DNA from: Chiloscyllium plagiosum
Lineage: Eukaryota
NCBI RefSeq assembly: GCF_004010195.1
Contig: NC_057720.1
Coordinates: 36,274,140-36,338,139 of the forward strand
Length of the DNA: 64,000 nucleotides
Direction of reading: 5' to 3'
Part shown: in pieces, positions 13,520-25,795 of the stretch
Layout: every line of letters starts with the position of its first letter
Position numbering within the stretch: position 1 is the first letter of the stretch
The notes under the pieces: generated by a model
The model's input: the letters and a program-made list of their open reading frames with translations, nothing else
The model's database searches: none
What the model was told of the DNA's origin: nothing
Position numbers and translations under genes: made by a program

Positions 13520-14690
13520 AACAGAAAGTGGTACTAGATCATTGCTTTTCAGACTGGAGGCATGTCACCAGCAGTGTTCCACAGGGATCAGTTCTTGGTC
13601 CTCTTTTATCTGTCATTTATATACATGATTTGGATGAGACTATAGAAGGCATAGTAAGTTTGCGTATGACACCAAAATTGGTAGCACAGTAGACATTGAG
13701 GAAGCTTTTCTAAGATTACAAAGAGAACTTGATCAAATGAGTTCAATCTGGGTAAATGCGAAATATTGCATTTTGGTACAACAAACAATAGTAGCGCTTA
13801 CACGGTTAATGGTGAGGCCTTGGGTAGTGTTGAAAATGTGTTGCTGGAAAAGCGCAGCAGGTCAGGCAGCATCCAGGGAACAGGAGAATCGACGTTTCGG
13901 GCATAAGCCCTTCTTCAGGAAACTTCAGGGCTTATGCCCAAAACGTCGATTCTCCTGTTCCCTGGATGCTGCCTGACCTGCTGCGCTTTTCCAGCAACAC
14001 ATTTTCAGCTCTGATCTCCAGCATCTGCAGACCTCACTTTCTCCTTGGGTAGTGTTGTAGAACAGAGGGACCTCAGGATGCAGGTACATAATTCTTTGAA
14101 GTTTGCGTCATATTTAGACAGGGTGATTAAAAAGGTGTTTGGCATATTTGCCTTCACTGCTCAGTCCTTTGAGTATAGGAGTTGGGAAGTCATGTTGAGG
14201 TTCTACAGAACATTGGTGAAGCCTCTTCTGGAATACTGTGTCCAGTTCTGGTCGGTTGCTTATAGGAAGGATATTATTAAGCTAGAGATGGTTCAAAAGA
14301 GATTTACCAGGATGTTGCTGGATATAGAAGGTTTGAATTACAAAGACTGGATAGGCTGGGAGTTTTTTTTCACTGGAGCAGAGGAGATTGAGAGGTGACC
14401 TGGTAGAAGTTTATAAAATAATAAGAGTTGTCTTTTCCCTAGAATAAGAGATTTCAAGACTAAAGGCACATTTTTAAATGAGAGAGAAGAGAGATTTGAA
14501 AAAAGACATGAATGAATAAAAGGAACGAGCTTCCTGAGGAAATGGTGGATGTGGGTGCAATGTTTAAAAGACATTTGGGTAAGTTCATGAATAGGAAAGG
14601 TTTGATGGGGTATGGGCCAGGAGCAGGCAGGTGGGACTAGTTTCATTTCGGATTATGGTCACATGGACTGGTTGGGCTGAAGAATCTGTA
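13520..14690 (+). mobile_element. HER1/CR1 LINE 3' part, interrupted by a fold-back element
   Basis: VTSSVPQGSVLGPLL..IYIHDLD and LEYCVQFWS..KDIIKLEMVQKRFTRML motifs. Confidence 0.9.
13833..14043. mobile_element. Fold-back Penelope-derived element with intact hammerhead core on - strand and 14-15-bp TSD
   Basis: Inverted arms of about 78 bp. TSD (c)cttgggtagtgttg at 13818-13832 and 14043-14057. Minus 13887-13920 reads tc CTGAAGA agggcttatgccc GAAA cgtc gatt. Confidence 0.88.
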
Positions 14691-15204
14691 TGTATCAAAA
14701 TGAATGACCAAGAATTCAAATATGAAATGAGAATAAACTTCCTTATCCAGTCAATGCTAAGAAGGTGGAACTCATGAGTTCAGGGGATAAGGAAGGTAAA
14801 TGCTATAGATGTGATTAAGTGGAAGCTAATCAAGCTATAGGCCCTCTACTAAACTATGAAGGATGGGAAGGAGCTTATGTGTGGCATGAGCATCATCTTG
14901 CACTGGTTGGGCTGAATGGCCTAATAACATATAGTTCGTTCTGAAAGTTGCAAACAGGGTCCCATTTCATGCAGGATGTCTGCCAACTTATTGAGACCTT
15001 CTGAAAATTGTATTGAGAGCACTTAATCACTAACACGGTAGTAGCACAGTGATCAATAGAATTTTATATTGAACATTTGGAAAGCTGTTTCAGTTACATA
15101 TCTAGAAATATGATTTCATGCACTATAATTTTCTGAAACAAAGACAAATGTTGCTGCAGGAACTCAGCAAGTCTGACAGCATCTGTCGAGAGAAATCAAC
15201 TCTA

Positions 15205-15386
15205 AGAAAGTGAGGACTGCAGATGCTGGAGATCAGAGTCGAGAGTGTGGTGCTGGAAAAGCACAGCAGGTCAGGCAGCATCCAAGGGGCAGGAGAATCG
15301 ATGTTTCGGACAAGAGCCCTTCATCAGGATTCCTGCTCCTCAGATGCTGCCTGACCTGTGCTTTTCCAGCACCACACTCTTGGCTC
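15205..15386. mobile_element. Fold-back Penelope-derived element
   Basis: Long arm agaaagtgaggactgcagatgctggag...cccttcatcagg followed by a shorter inverted arm. Minus strand reads ggaatc CTGATGA agggctcttgtcc GAAA catc gattc. Confidence 0.85.
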
Positions 15387-15679
15387 CGTGAAGAGAATGC
15401 AGAGTTCACTTTGTGTTCATTTTTATTAATTTCAAATGAATAGCAACGTGCAAAGTAATCTTTACTTAAACCAGCCTTTCTCCGCATTGTGGTATGTAAT
15501 AGGTGAATGTAAAATCAGTGTACAAGCAAAGAGGATGTTTACAAATCGATGAGCAATACTCGGCCATTTAGCTTTTGAAGCTTTTCTTTGATGATTTTCC
15601 CGTATTCCACATTGTACAGCTAGTGTTTATTTTAAATTCTCACTGTAAGATTCTATATTTTTTAAATGTTCCCAAACAG

Positions 15680-15762
15680 ATGACTGCAAGAACATTGCCA
15701 ACATAATGAAGGAATTAGCACGAAGGGGATTCACTTTCAAACAAACTGGATCAAACCTCTGA
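15680..15762 (+). CDS. ERI3: ERI1 exoribonuclease family member 3, last coding exon (partial gene; upstream exons lie outside the window)
   Basis: Acceptor aaatgttcccaaacag| then AT GAC TGC AAG... translates (D)DCKNIANIMKELARRGFTFKQTGSNL*. This matches the remembered ERI3 C-terminus (GIDDCKNIANIMKTLAYRGFIFKQTSKPF). It lies convergent with DMAP1, as in human. Confidence 0.93.
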
Positions 15763-15831
15763 ATATGCTGCAGAAGAAAAGAACATGTCTCACTGCTTTG
15801 AAAAAAAAATCATTCAAGGATATATGGTAAA

Positions 15832-15837
15832 AATAAA
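15832..15837 (+). promoter_or_regulatory. Candidate ERI3 polyadenylation signal AATAAA
   Basis: First AATAAA, 70 nt after the ERI3 stop codon. Its use is not demonstrated. Confidence 0.45.
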
Positions 15838-18386
15838 TAATTTCACGTGAGGCATGTAAGCAACTATTATAAAAAAATTAATTCAGTTATATCAAAATGA
15901 CTCATACTAAGATTTTCCCTCCTTCATAAAGTGGAGCAATCTGCTGCTAATTGACAAGTAAAACATGCTTTTTTTAAAAAAATTGTTAATTGAATGTTAT
16001 TTCTAACTTGAAGAGGAAGATTATTTGTTTAAATTGTCCAAATTCCTAAACTACAATGGAATATACTTATACCCTTACTGGTGTCTGTTTATTTTTAGCA
16101 TGTTTTGTACTTTAAATGTCTACGTCATAGGCAGTTTACAGAGACAGAATAATATTAGAGGAAAACTGGTCATGAAAGCCTACCACTATAGTACCACCTC
16201 AACCTAGAATTTTCATTCAGCTAGGGTTGGTAACACAGCTACAACACACAGAAATGGCAAAAGGTAGGTTGGGCCAAAAACCTGCAAGCCCACCCTGTGC
16301 ACCAGGGACTACCATAAGATGAATGAGAGAGCTCCTGGGGCTCTGGCAAGAAGTCCATAAGTTTAATGATTGAAGAGCTGGGGATTAGTAGTGGCCCCTA
16401 CGAAAGGGCCAAAATATTTGCTTCCCTTATGATTTCAGTCCAGACCATGTTCAGGTATTCAGAATATCTGTGCTCTCTTTAATAACAGAATCCTCCTCTT
16501 GTCACCCCAGTGCATGTCTGACTGCAGCACTGCTCCATTGTCTTCTGACAATTCCAGGCCCTCAATTTGTGACAGTGACTCTGTGGAAATCCACCCAAGG
16601 TAGATAATGACACCAAACACGCTAGCTCAATTGCTATTGTCCACGGAGGTGTCAAAACATGTGTGCATTATTTAGAACTGTATTCACAGTTTCACCGTAC
16701 ATTGCAAAAATGACATTCTCTCTGTCCACACAAGATCATACACATTTTCATTTAAATGTCTATTTCCTTAATATCATCTAAGAATTATGTGATAAATCAT
16801 TGTAAAAGCATTTTGGTTTTAAAGTATTGCTGGCTATTTATCTGCTATATTTCAATTTTTCCAGCAAGTTCTTTTTTCTATTTTACTTACTAATTCAATC
16901 CATTTTTCCAAGTGACAAGGAATCAAAGTAGTTGTTGCCTGTAATGTTAGTGAGTTTCCCAAATTAAGATGCTGAATTTTCCTTAAAAATTCAAGTTGAG
17001 GAGGCATTTCAAGAGAAACTTCTTGTGAAGTGGAAGAGATAGGTGGAGGAAAATTATTATCAAATAGCTAAACCACTGGTAACTTATCTCTGCTTCTTAA
17101 TGACAATTACCTGTAAAGGGAGGAACAATCTTTAGTTTAATCTTAATAGTCAATCAAGTTTAACATTTCATTTACTAATTCTACACTAAAAGAACATACT
17201 GGCTGATCCTTATTATGTAAAACTTTAGTTCATAATAAAATGCTTTTCTGAAATGGAGTTCTTCCTTAATATATTGTATGGTGCAGGTTATTTAATTCTA
17301 AGTTGTGTATCTTTCACTTTCTTTAAGAAATAGTTTCACATCTTGATAGTCCTTGTATTAAAATTGATGATGATTACCAAAAAAAAAGTCACAACCTAAT
17401 TATGGTATAATGGTTGCTAAACATCACCACAAGATCATGGTACAAGACTAGAGCACGAAGTCCTGGGCTGAATCTCACCATGGTAGAATTCAATAACTAT
17501 TTAGAATTAAGAATCTAATGATGACTATGAAACCACTGTCAATTGTCAGGAAAAAGCATCTGGTTCACTAATCTCCTTCAGGGAAGGAAATCTGCCACAC
17601 TTGGTCTGGCATACATGTGACTTCAGATCCACAGCAATGTGCATGACTCTCAGGTGTCCTCTGAAATAGTGTAGAAAACCATTCAATTCCAGCAATTAGA
17701 AAGTCTGAAAAAGGAATGAAACTAGACAGGCCACCTAGCACCAATGAGGAGTCAATCAAGGGAAGGTACAAAACGTGACTACACGCATACCGAACAGCAT
17801 AAGCAGCAAGTGTTAGACAGAGCTAAGCAATCCACAAACAATGGATCAGATCTAATCTCTGCAGTCCTGCCACATCCAATCGTGAATGGTGGTGGATAAC
17901 CAAATGATTCACTGGAGGAGAAGACTCCACAAATATGCTCATCCTCAACATTGGGAGAACGAGAAGGATAAGACTGAAACATGCACAATAACTTTAAACC
18001 AAAAATGCTAAGTGGTTGACCCATCTGAACCTCCTTCAGAGGTCCTCAGCATCACTCCACATAATATCAAGAAATTTGATACTATAAGGGCTTTGGGTCT
18101 AGACAATATTTTGGCAATAGTACTGAAGACGTGCTTCAGAAATTGCTACACTCCTAGCCAAGCTGCTCCAGTACAGCTACAACACTGGTATCTACCCAAC
18201 AATGTGGAAGATTTCCCAGGTGTATTCTGTATACAAAAAGCAGGACAAATTCAACTTGGCCAATTCCTGCCCCATCAGTTGCTCTTGATCATCAGTAAAC
18301 ATAGAAAATAGGTGCAGGAGTAAGCAATTGGCCTTTCAAGCCTGCACCACCATTCAACAGTATCATGCAATTTTAGTATCCCATTC

Positions 18387-18596
18387 GAAAGTGTGGTGCT
18401 GGAAAAGTACAGCAGGTCAGGCAGTATCCGAGGAGCAGGAGAATTAACATTTCGGTTAAAAGCCCGATTTCTGATGAAGGACTTTTGCCCAAAATGTCGA
18501 TTCTCCTGCTCCTCGGATGCTGCCTGATCTGTTGTGCTTTTTCAGCACCACACTCTCAATATGGATCTCCTGCATCTGCAGTCCTCACTTTCTCCT
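18387..18596. mobile_element. Fold-back Penelope-derived element
   Basis: Inverted arms around ctgatgaaggacttttgcccaaaatgtc. Flanked by the imperfect 18-bp duplication aattt[t/c]agtatccca[t/c]tc. Confidence 0.82.
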
Positions 18597-18817
18597 AATT
18601 TCAGTATCCCACTCCTGCTTTCTCTGCATACCATTTGATCCCTTTAGCTGTAAGAGCCATGTCCAGCTCCCTCTTGAATATTTCTAATGAACCAGCCTAA
18701 ACAGCTTTCTGTGGTTGAGAATTTCACAACTCAGGGAAGAAATTCTTCCTCATCTCAGTACTGAATGGCTTACCCCTTATTCTTTGACTATTCCTCTCTG
18801 TTCTGGACTTCCCCAAC

Positions 18818-21563
18818 AATTAAATGTTCCAGGATATAGATGCTTCAGAGAGGACAGAGAGGGAAGTAAAAGGGGGGGGGGGGGGGGTGGAATTGCATTG
18901 CTGGTCAAGGACGATATCACGGTTGTGCTAAAGGAGCACACTATGGAGGTCTTGGGATAGTGAGGTATTATGGGTGGAGCTGAGAAATAAGAAGGGTGCA
19001 GTTACACTGTTGGAGCTGTATTACAGGCCTCCCAACAGTGAGTGTGAGGTAGGAGAACAAATAGATAAACAGATTATGGAAAGATGTAGAAGCAATATGG
19101 TAGTGGTGATGGGAGATTTTAATTTTCCCAACATTGACTGGGATACACTTAACGTCAGAGGTCTGGATGGGGTAGAATTTGTAAGAAGCGTCCAGGAGAG
19201 TTTTCTAGAGCAGAATTTCAGTAGTCCGATGAGGGAATGGGCCATATTGGACCTGGTACTGGGGAACGAGTTAGGCCAGGTGGTAGAAGTTGAGATGGGG
19301 GATTTTTTTGGGAACAGTGACCACAATTCTGTAAGTTTTAGAATACTCGCAGATAAAGAAGAAAGTGGTCCTAAGGGAAGAGTACTAAACTGGGTCAAGG
19401 TCAATTATATCAAAATTAGGCAGGAGCTCGGAAATGTGGATGGGACACAGCTATTTGAAAGGATGTCCACATTTGAGATGTGGGAGGCTTTCAAAGATAG
19501 GTTAATGGTAGTGCAGGATAGACATGTCATGTTGAAGGCAAAGAATAGGAAGGGCAAGATTCGTGAACCATGGATGACAGGAGAAATTGTATGACTAGCC
19601 AAGAGGAAAAGGGAAGCATACATAAGGTTTAGGCAGCTAAGAACAAAACGGGTCCTGGAAGAATATCGGAAGAGTAGGACAAGTCTTAAACGAGGAATCA
19701 AGCGGGCTAAAAGGGGTCATGAAATGGCTTTAGGGAGCAGAATTAAGGAGAATTCCAAAGCATTTTATTCTTGTATAAGAAGCAAGCGGGTAACTAGAGA
19801 AAGGATTGGTCCACTAAAGGATAACAAAGGAAGGCTGTGTGTCGAACCTGAGAGAATGGGTGAGATTCTGAATGATTACTTTGCATTAGTGTTCACTGAG
19901 GAGAGGAACATGATGAATGTTGAGATTAGAGATAGAAGTTTGATTAGTCTGGATCACGTTGACATAAGTAGGAACATGTGTTGGGTAGACTAGAGGTTAT
20001 TAAGGTGGACAAATCTCCAGGACCGGTGGGATCTATCCCAGGTTGCTGAGGGAGGCGAGAGAGGAAACAGCTGGGGCCCTGACAGATATCTTTGTGGCAT
20101 CTTTAAATACAGGTGAGGTGCCGGAGGACTGGAGGGTTGCTCATGTTGTCCCCCTCTACAAGAAGGGTAGTAGGAATATTCCGGGTAACTAAAGACCAGT
20201 GAGCCTGACGTCGGTGGTGGGAAAGTTGCTGGAGAAGGTACTGAGGGATAGGATCTATTTATATTTGGAAAAGAATGGGCCTATCAATGATAGGCAACAT
20301 GGTTTTGTGCAGGGGAGATCATGCCTTACCAACTTAATAGAGTTCTTCGAGGAAGTGACCAAGTTGATAGATGAAGGAAGGGCTGTTGATGTCATATACA
20401 TGGACTTTAGTAAGGCGTTTGATAAGGTTCCCCATGGTAGACTAATGGAGAAAGTGAAGTCACATGGTGTGCAAGGTGTTCTAGCTAGGTGGATAAAGAA
20501 TGGTTGAGCAACAGGAGACCGAGAGTAGTAGTTGAAGGGAGTCTCTCGAAATGGAGAAAGGTGACCAGTGGTGTTCCACAGGGGTCAATGTTGAGGCCAC
20601 TGTTGTTTGTAATATACATAAATGATCTGGAAGAGGGATCTGTTGGTATGATCAGCAAGTTTGCAGATGACACGAAGATTGGTAGAGTAGCAGAAAGCAT
20701 AAGGGACTGTCAGGGAATACAGGAGGATATAGATAGACTGGAGAGTTGGGCAGAAAAGTGGAAGATGGTTTTCAATCCAGAAAAATGTGAGGTGATGCAT
20801 TTGGGCAAGACTAATTCTAGAGTGAATTATACAATGAATGGAAGAGCCTTGGGAAAAGTTGATGGGCAAAGAGATCTGGGAGTGCAGGTCCATTGTACCC
20901 TGAAGGTTGCTGCACAGGTGGATAGAGTGGTCAAGAAGGCGTATGGTATGCTTGCCTTCATTGAACGGGGTATTGAGTATAAAAGCTGGCAAGTCATGTT
21001 AAAATTGTACAACACATTTGTTTGGCCACATTTAGAATACTGTGTACAGTTCTGGTCGCCACATTACTAAAGGAATGTGGACGCTTTGGAGAGGGTTTAC
21101 AAGGATGTTGCCTGGTATGGAATGTGCTAGCTATGAAGAAAGGTTGAGTAGGTTAGATTTATTTTCATTAGAAAAATGGAGATTGAGGAGGGACCTGATT
21201 GAGGTTTACAAAATCATGAAGGGTATAGACAGGGTGGATAGAGACAAGCTTTTTCCCAGGGTGAAGGATTCAATAACAAGAGGTCACGCTTTCAAGGTGA
21301 GAGGTGGAAGGTTTGAGGGGGATACTCGCGGTAAGTACTTCACACAAGGTGGTGGGCGTTTGGACGCGTTGCCAGCAGAGGTGGTAGAGGCAGGCACAGT
21401 AGATTCATTTAAGATGCGTCTGGACAAATGCATGAGTAGGTGGGGAGCAGAGGGATACAGATGCTTAGGAATTGACTGACAGATTTAGACAGTACATTTG
21501 GATCAGCTCAGGCTTAGAGGGCCGAAGGGCCTGTTCCTGGGCTATAAATTTTCTTTGTTCTTT
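18818..21563 (+). mobile_element. Young 5'-truncated CR1 LINE with most of ORF2 (APE endonuclease and reverse transcriptase), disabled by stops and frameshifts
   Basis: Endonuclease motifs YYRPP, VMGDFNFP, LDLVL and SDHN; RT motifs RQHGF..GRSCLTNL, YMDFSKAFDKVPH, GVPQGS and KFADDTK; 3' tail gggcctgttcctgggcta...ttctttgttcttt. Confidence 0.95.
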
Positions 21564-22766
21564 ATCAGGAACATTCTTCCCACATCTAGTCTGTCATCAT
21601 CAGGACTTTATATGTTTCTGTGAGATTCCCCCCATTCTTCTAAATTCCAATGAGTAGAAGTCCAGTCGATCCAGTCTTTCTTCATATTTCAGTCCTGCTA
21701 TCCCAAGAATCAGTTTGGTGAACCTTTGCTGGACTCCCTCAATAGCAAGAATGTCATTCTTCAGACTATAAGACCAAAACTGCACACAATACTCAAGGCA
21801 TGGTCTCACCAAGGCCCCGTATAACTGCAGCAAGACATCCATACTTCTTTACTCAAATCATCTCGCTATGAAGGCCAGCATGCCATTAGATTTCCTCACT
21901 GCCTGCTGCACCTACATGCCAACCTTCAGCAACTGTTCCACCATGACACCCAGGTCTCATTGCACCTCACCTTTTCCAAAACTGACACCATTCAGATAAT
22001 AATCTGCCTTCCTGTTTTTGCAGCCAAAGTGGATAACTTCACATTTTCCACACTATATTGTATTTGCCCACTCAGCCAGACTGTCCAAGTCACCCTGCAG
22101 CCTCTTAGCATCCTCTTCACAGCTCATATGCCATTCAGCTTAGTGTTGACTGCAAATTTGGAGAACTTGCATTCAATTTCTTTAACTAAATCATTCATTT
22201 ATACTGTGACCAACACTGAACCCTGCAATACCCATTCGTCAATGCCTGCCACTCTGAAAAGGACCCATTTAGTTGAACTACTTGCCTCCTGTCTGTCAAC
22301 CGGTTCTCAATCTGTGGCAATACATTACCTCCGATACCATGAACTTTCATTTTGTCTACTGATTTCTTGTGTGGAACCTTTTTAAAGTCCAGAAACACAA
22401 CATCCATTGATTCATCCATGTCCACTGTACTGATCACATCCTCACTAAAGTGATGGGATGTGTCATCAAGAGTGCTGTCAAGCAGTACCTGCTCAGTACT
22501 AACCCATTCATCGATGTCCAGTTTGGATTCTGTCAGTGCCACTCAACTCCTGACCACATTACAGCCTTGGTTTAAACATGGACAAAAAGAATTGAATTCC
22601 AGAGATGAGGTGAGAGTGACAGCTCTTGACATCAAGGTCACATTTGACTGAGTGTGGCATCAATAAGCCCAGCAAAACTGGAAATAGTGGAATCAGGGGA
22701 AAATCTCTGCTTGCTAGATCATACCTGTCACATAGGAAGATGGTTGAGCTTCTTGGAGATCAACTA

Positions 22767-22932
22767 GGAGAAAGTGAAGACTGCAGATGCTGGAAATCAG
22801 AGCTGAAAAATGTGTTGCTGGAAAAGCACAGCAGGTCAGACAGCATCTAAGGAGCAGGAGAATCGACGTTTCGGGCATAAGCCCTTCTTCAGGATGCTGC
22901 CTGACCTGCGCTTTTCCAGCAACACATTTTTC
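22767..22932. mobile_element. Fold-back Penelope-derived element with intact hammerhead core (- strand 22862-22895)
   Basis: Minus strand reads atc CTGAAGA agggc ttat gccc GAAA cgtc gat. Direct repeat agcttcttggagat at 22747-22760 and 22933-22946. Confidence 0.85.
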
Positions 22933-24436
22933 AGCTTCTTGGAGATTAGTCATTTCAACTCCAAGATAACTCTGCAGGAGCTCCTCAGGGTAGTGCCCTG
23001 GGCCCAAACATCGTTAGTTGCTTCATCAATGACATTCCCTCTGATATAAGGTCAGAAATATGAATATTTACCAATGATTGCACAATGTCCAGCACCATTT
23101 ACATCTCCTCAGATACTAAAGCATTGAAGTGCATGCAGGACGACATCCAGGTTTGGGTCAAAAATTGGCAAGTAACATTCACACTGCATGAATGCCAGCT
23201 AATAATTATCTCCAATAAGAGACAATCTAACCGCTGCCCCTTTAAATTCAATGGTGTTACCATCACTAAATCCCCCACTATCAACATCTTGGGGGAATAC
23301 CATTGACTAGAAACTGGAATGGACTCCCATACAAGTAAAAGTGGCTACAAGACCAGGTCTGAGGCTAGTAATACTGTTGCAGGAAACTGACCTGACTTCT
23401 CAAAGCCTGTCCACTATCTACTCGTAAGGCATGTGGTGGAATACCCCTCAATTGCCTTGAAGAGTACTGCTCCAACAACTTTAACACCATCCAGAACAAA
23501 GCAGTCTGCTTCATTGGCACATCAATAAACATTGCTTCACACTACCAGCAATGTGCACTATCTAAAGGATGCACCAGAGAAATTAATCAAAGATCCTTAG
23601 ACAGCACCTTCCAAACCCAAGACCACTTATATCTAGAAGGACAGGGATAAATGGGAACACCGCCAACTGCAAGTTCCCCTCCCAGCCACTCGCTATCCTG
23701 ACTTAGAAATATATTGCCATTCATTTAGTGTTTCTGAGTCAAAGTCCTCCAACTCTCACTTCAGTGGACTGCAGCAGTTCAAGGAGGCAGCTCACCACCA
23801 CCTTCAAGGGAAACCAGGGACAAACAATAAACGCTGTGATGCACAGTCCAATGACTGAACTAAAATCAAGTCCAACTCATACCAGCCGAATGACCTACAA
23901 GTGAGAAGTTATTCTCTGATTAACAAAATAAGCCACTGCAACCAAGCTTCCTCTTTCAGATTAATCATCACTGCCTGAAAGGTATTTATCACTTAGGAAA
24001 TACTAACTTCCATTTCAGTGTGTTATTACTATACTATGAATGACACTTCCCATGTTGCAACTACACATAAGTTTGTTAAATGTTCTTCTCTTCCATTACG
24101 CACTGACTTGGTAGCATTTTTTAAAGCTTTAATTGCCACAAGGTTGTCCAAATTAAACTCATTCAGGAGAACCTTGACTGCATGAATTGCTTCCTAGCCT
24201 TCATGGGATAATCTACCACATAATCATTTCGACATTTTCTGAAGAAGGCATGATTGGTAAGTAACCTTGTTTACAAGTTTTTTGCGTAAATGGGGATTAC
24301 ATCTCAAGAGCAAGACCAATCCACTAAAAGACCAGATAGGCTGCATTCTTATTTCAGAAAACAGCATGTAAAGGATATGTTCAGTTTATTGTTAAATTTA
24401 ACCAGTGCGTGAATGGTTACTTCCTTTATACAGCGT

Positions 24437-25795
24437 CATAGAGTTATACAGCATGGAAAAAGACCCTTCAGTCCAACTCATCCTTGCCAACCAGATATCC
24501 TAAATTAATCTAGTCCCATTTGCCAGCATTTTGCCCTATCCCTCTAAACCTTTTCTGAATCCATTCAAGTTTCACAACATCTTTCCTATAACAGGGAGAC
24601 TAGGTTTGAAAAATGTATTCCAAAAATGGCCTCACCAATGTCTTGTACAGCCTCAACATGACCTCCCAACTCCTCTACTCAATGATCTGACCAATAAAGG
24701 AAATGCCTTCTTCACTATCCTATCTACCGGCGACTCTACTTTCAAGGAACTATGAACCTGCACTTCAAGGTCTTTTTGTTCAACAACACTCCCCAGGACC
24801 TTACCATTAAGTGTATAAGTCATGCCCTAATTTGCCTTTCCAAAATACAGCGCCTCACATTTATCTACATTAAACTTCATCTGCCACTCCTCAGCTCATT
24901 GGCCAATCTAATCAAGGTCCTGTTGTACTCCAAGGTAACCTTCTTTGCTGTCCACTACAATTTTCGTGTCACCTGCAAATTTACTAACCATTTCTCCTAA
25001 GTTCACATCCAAATCATTTATATAAATGACAAAAAGTAGTGGACCCAGCAATAATCCTTGTGGCACACCGCTGGTCACAGGCCTCCAGTCTATAAAACAA
25101 GCCGCCACCATCACCACCCTCTGTCTCCGACCTTCAATCCAGTTCTGTATCCAAATGGCTAATCCTCCCTGTCTTCTGTGATATAACCTTGCTAATCAGT
25201 CTACCAACACGGAATCTTGTTGAACACCTTATGGAAGTCCTTATAGATCATGTCCACCACATTGCCTTTATCAATCCTCTTTGTTACTTCTTCAAAAATT
25301 TCAATTAAGGTAGTGAGACAATTTCCTTCACACAAAGCCATGTTTACAATCCCTAATCAGTCCTTGACTTTCCAAATATATGTAAATCTTATCCCTCAGG
25401 ATCCCCTCCAAGAACTTGACCACCACTGATGTCAGGCTCACCAGTCTATAGTTGCCTGGCATTTCCTTACCACATTTCTTAAGTAGTGGCACCAAGTTAA
25501 CTAACCTCCAGTCTTCCAGCCATCAATGATACAAATATCGTGGCAAGGGGCCCGGCAATTACTTTTCTCGCTTCCCACAGATTCCTAGAGTACACCTGAT
25601 CAGGTGCTGGGTATTTATCCGCCTTTATGCGTTTTAAGATGTCCAGTACCACCTCTTCTTCAATTTGAACATTTTTCAAGATGTCACTATTTATTTCCCC
25701 ACGTTCTCTATCTTCCATGTCCTTCTCCCCAATAAACATTGATGCAAAATACTCGTTTAGTATCTCCCCCATCTCCTGTGATTCCATACATAGGC
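24437..25795 (-). mobile_element. HER1/CR1 LINE with internal deletions
   Basis: [32 protein letters not shown] and QEMGEILNEYFAS motifs; 3' tail at 24437. Confidence 0.9.

Larger units (their letters stand above)
18300..22443 (-). mobile_element. CR1 LINE 3' portion (pieces 18300-18817 and 21564-22443)
   Basis: ORF 21600..21842 reads LVRPCLEYCVQFWS..LAIEGVQQRFTKLI, and ORF 22195..22542 reads MDVVFLDFKKVPH. The pieces join as ttctggacttccccaac|atcaggaacattcttccc. Confidence 0.85.
17450..23860 (+). mobile_element. Old LINE acting as host for nested insertions (host pieces about 17450-18299 and 22444-23860)
   Basis: The host reads through ...ctcttgatcatcagtaaa|gtgatggg... when 18300-22443 is removed. 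RT remnants (QDDIQVWVKNWQVTF) are present, and the 3' region is shared with 62870-63830. Confidence 0.7.
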
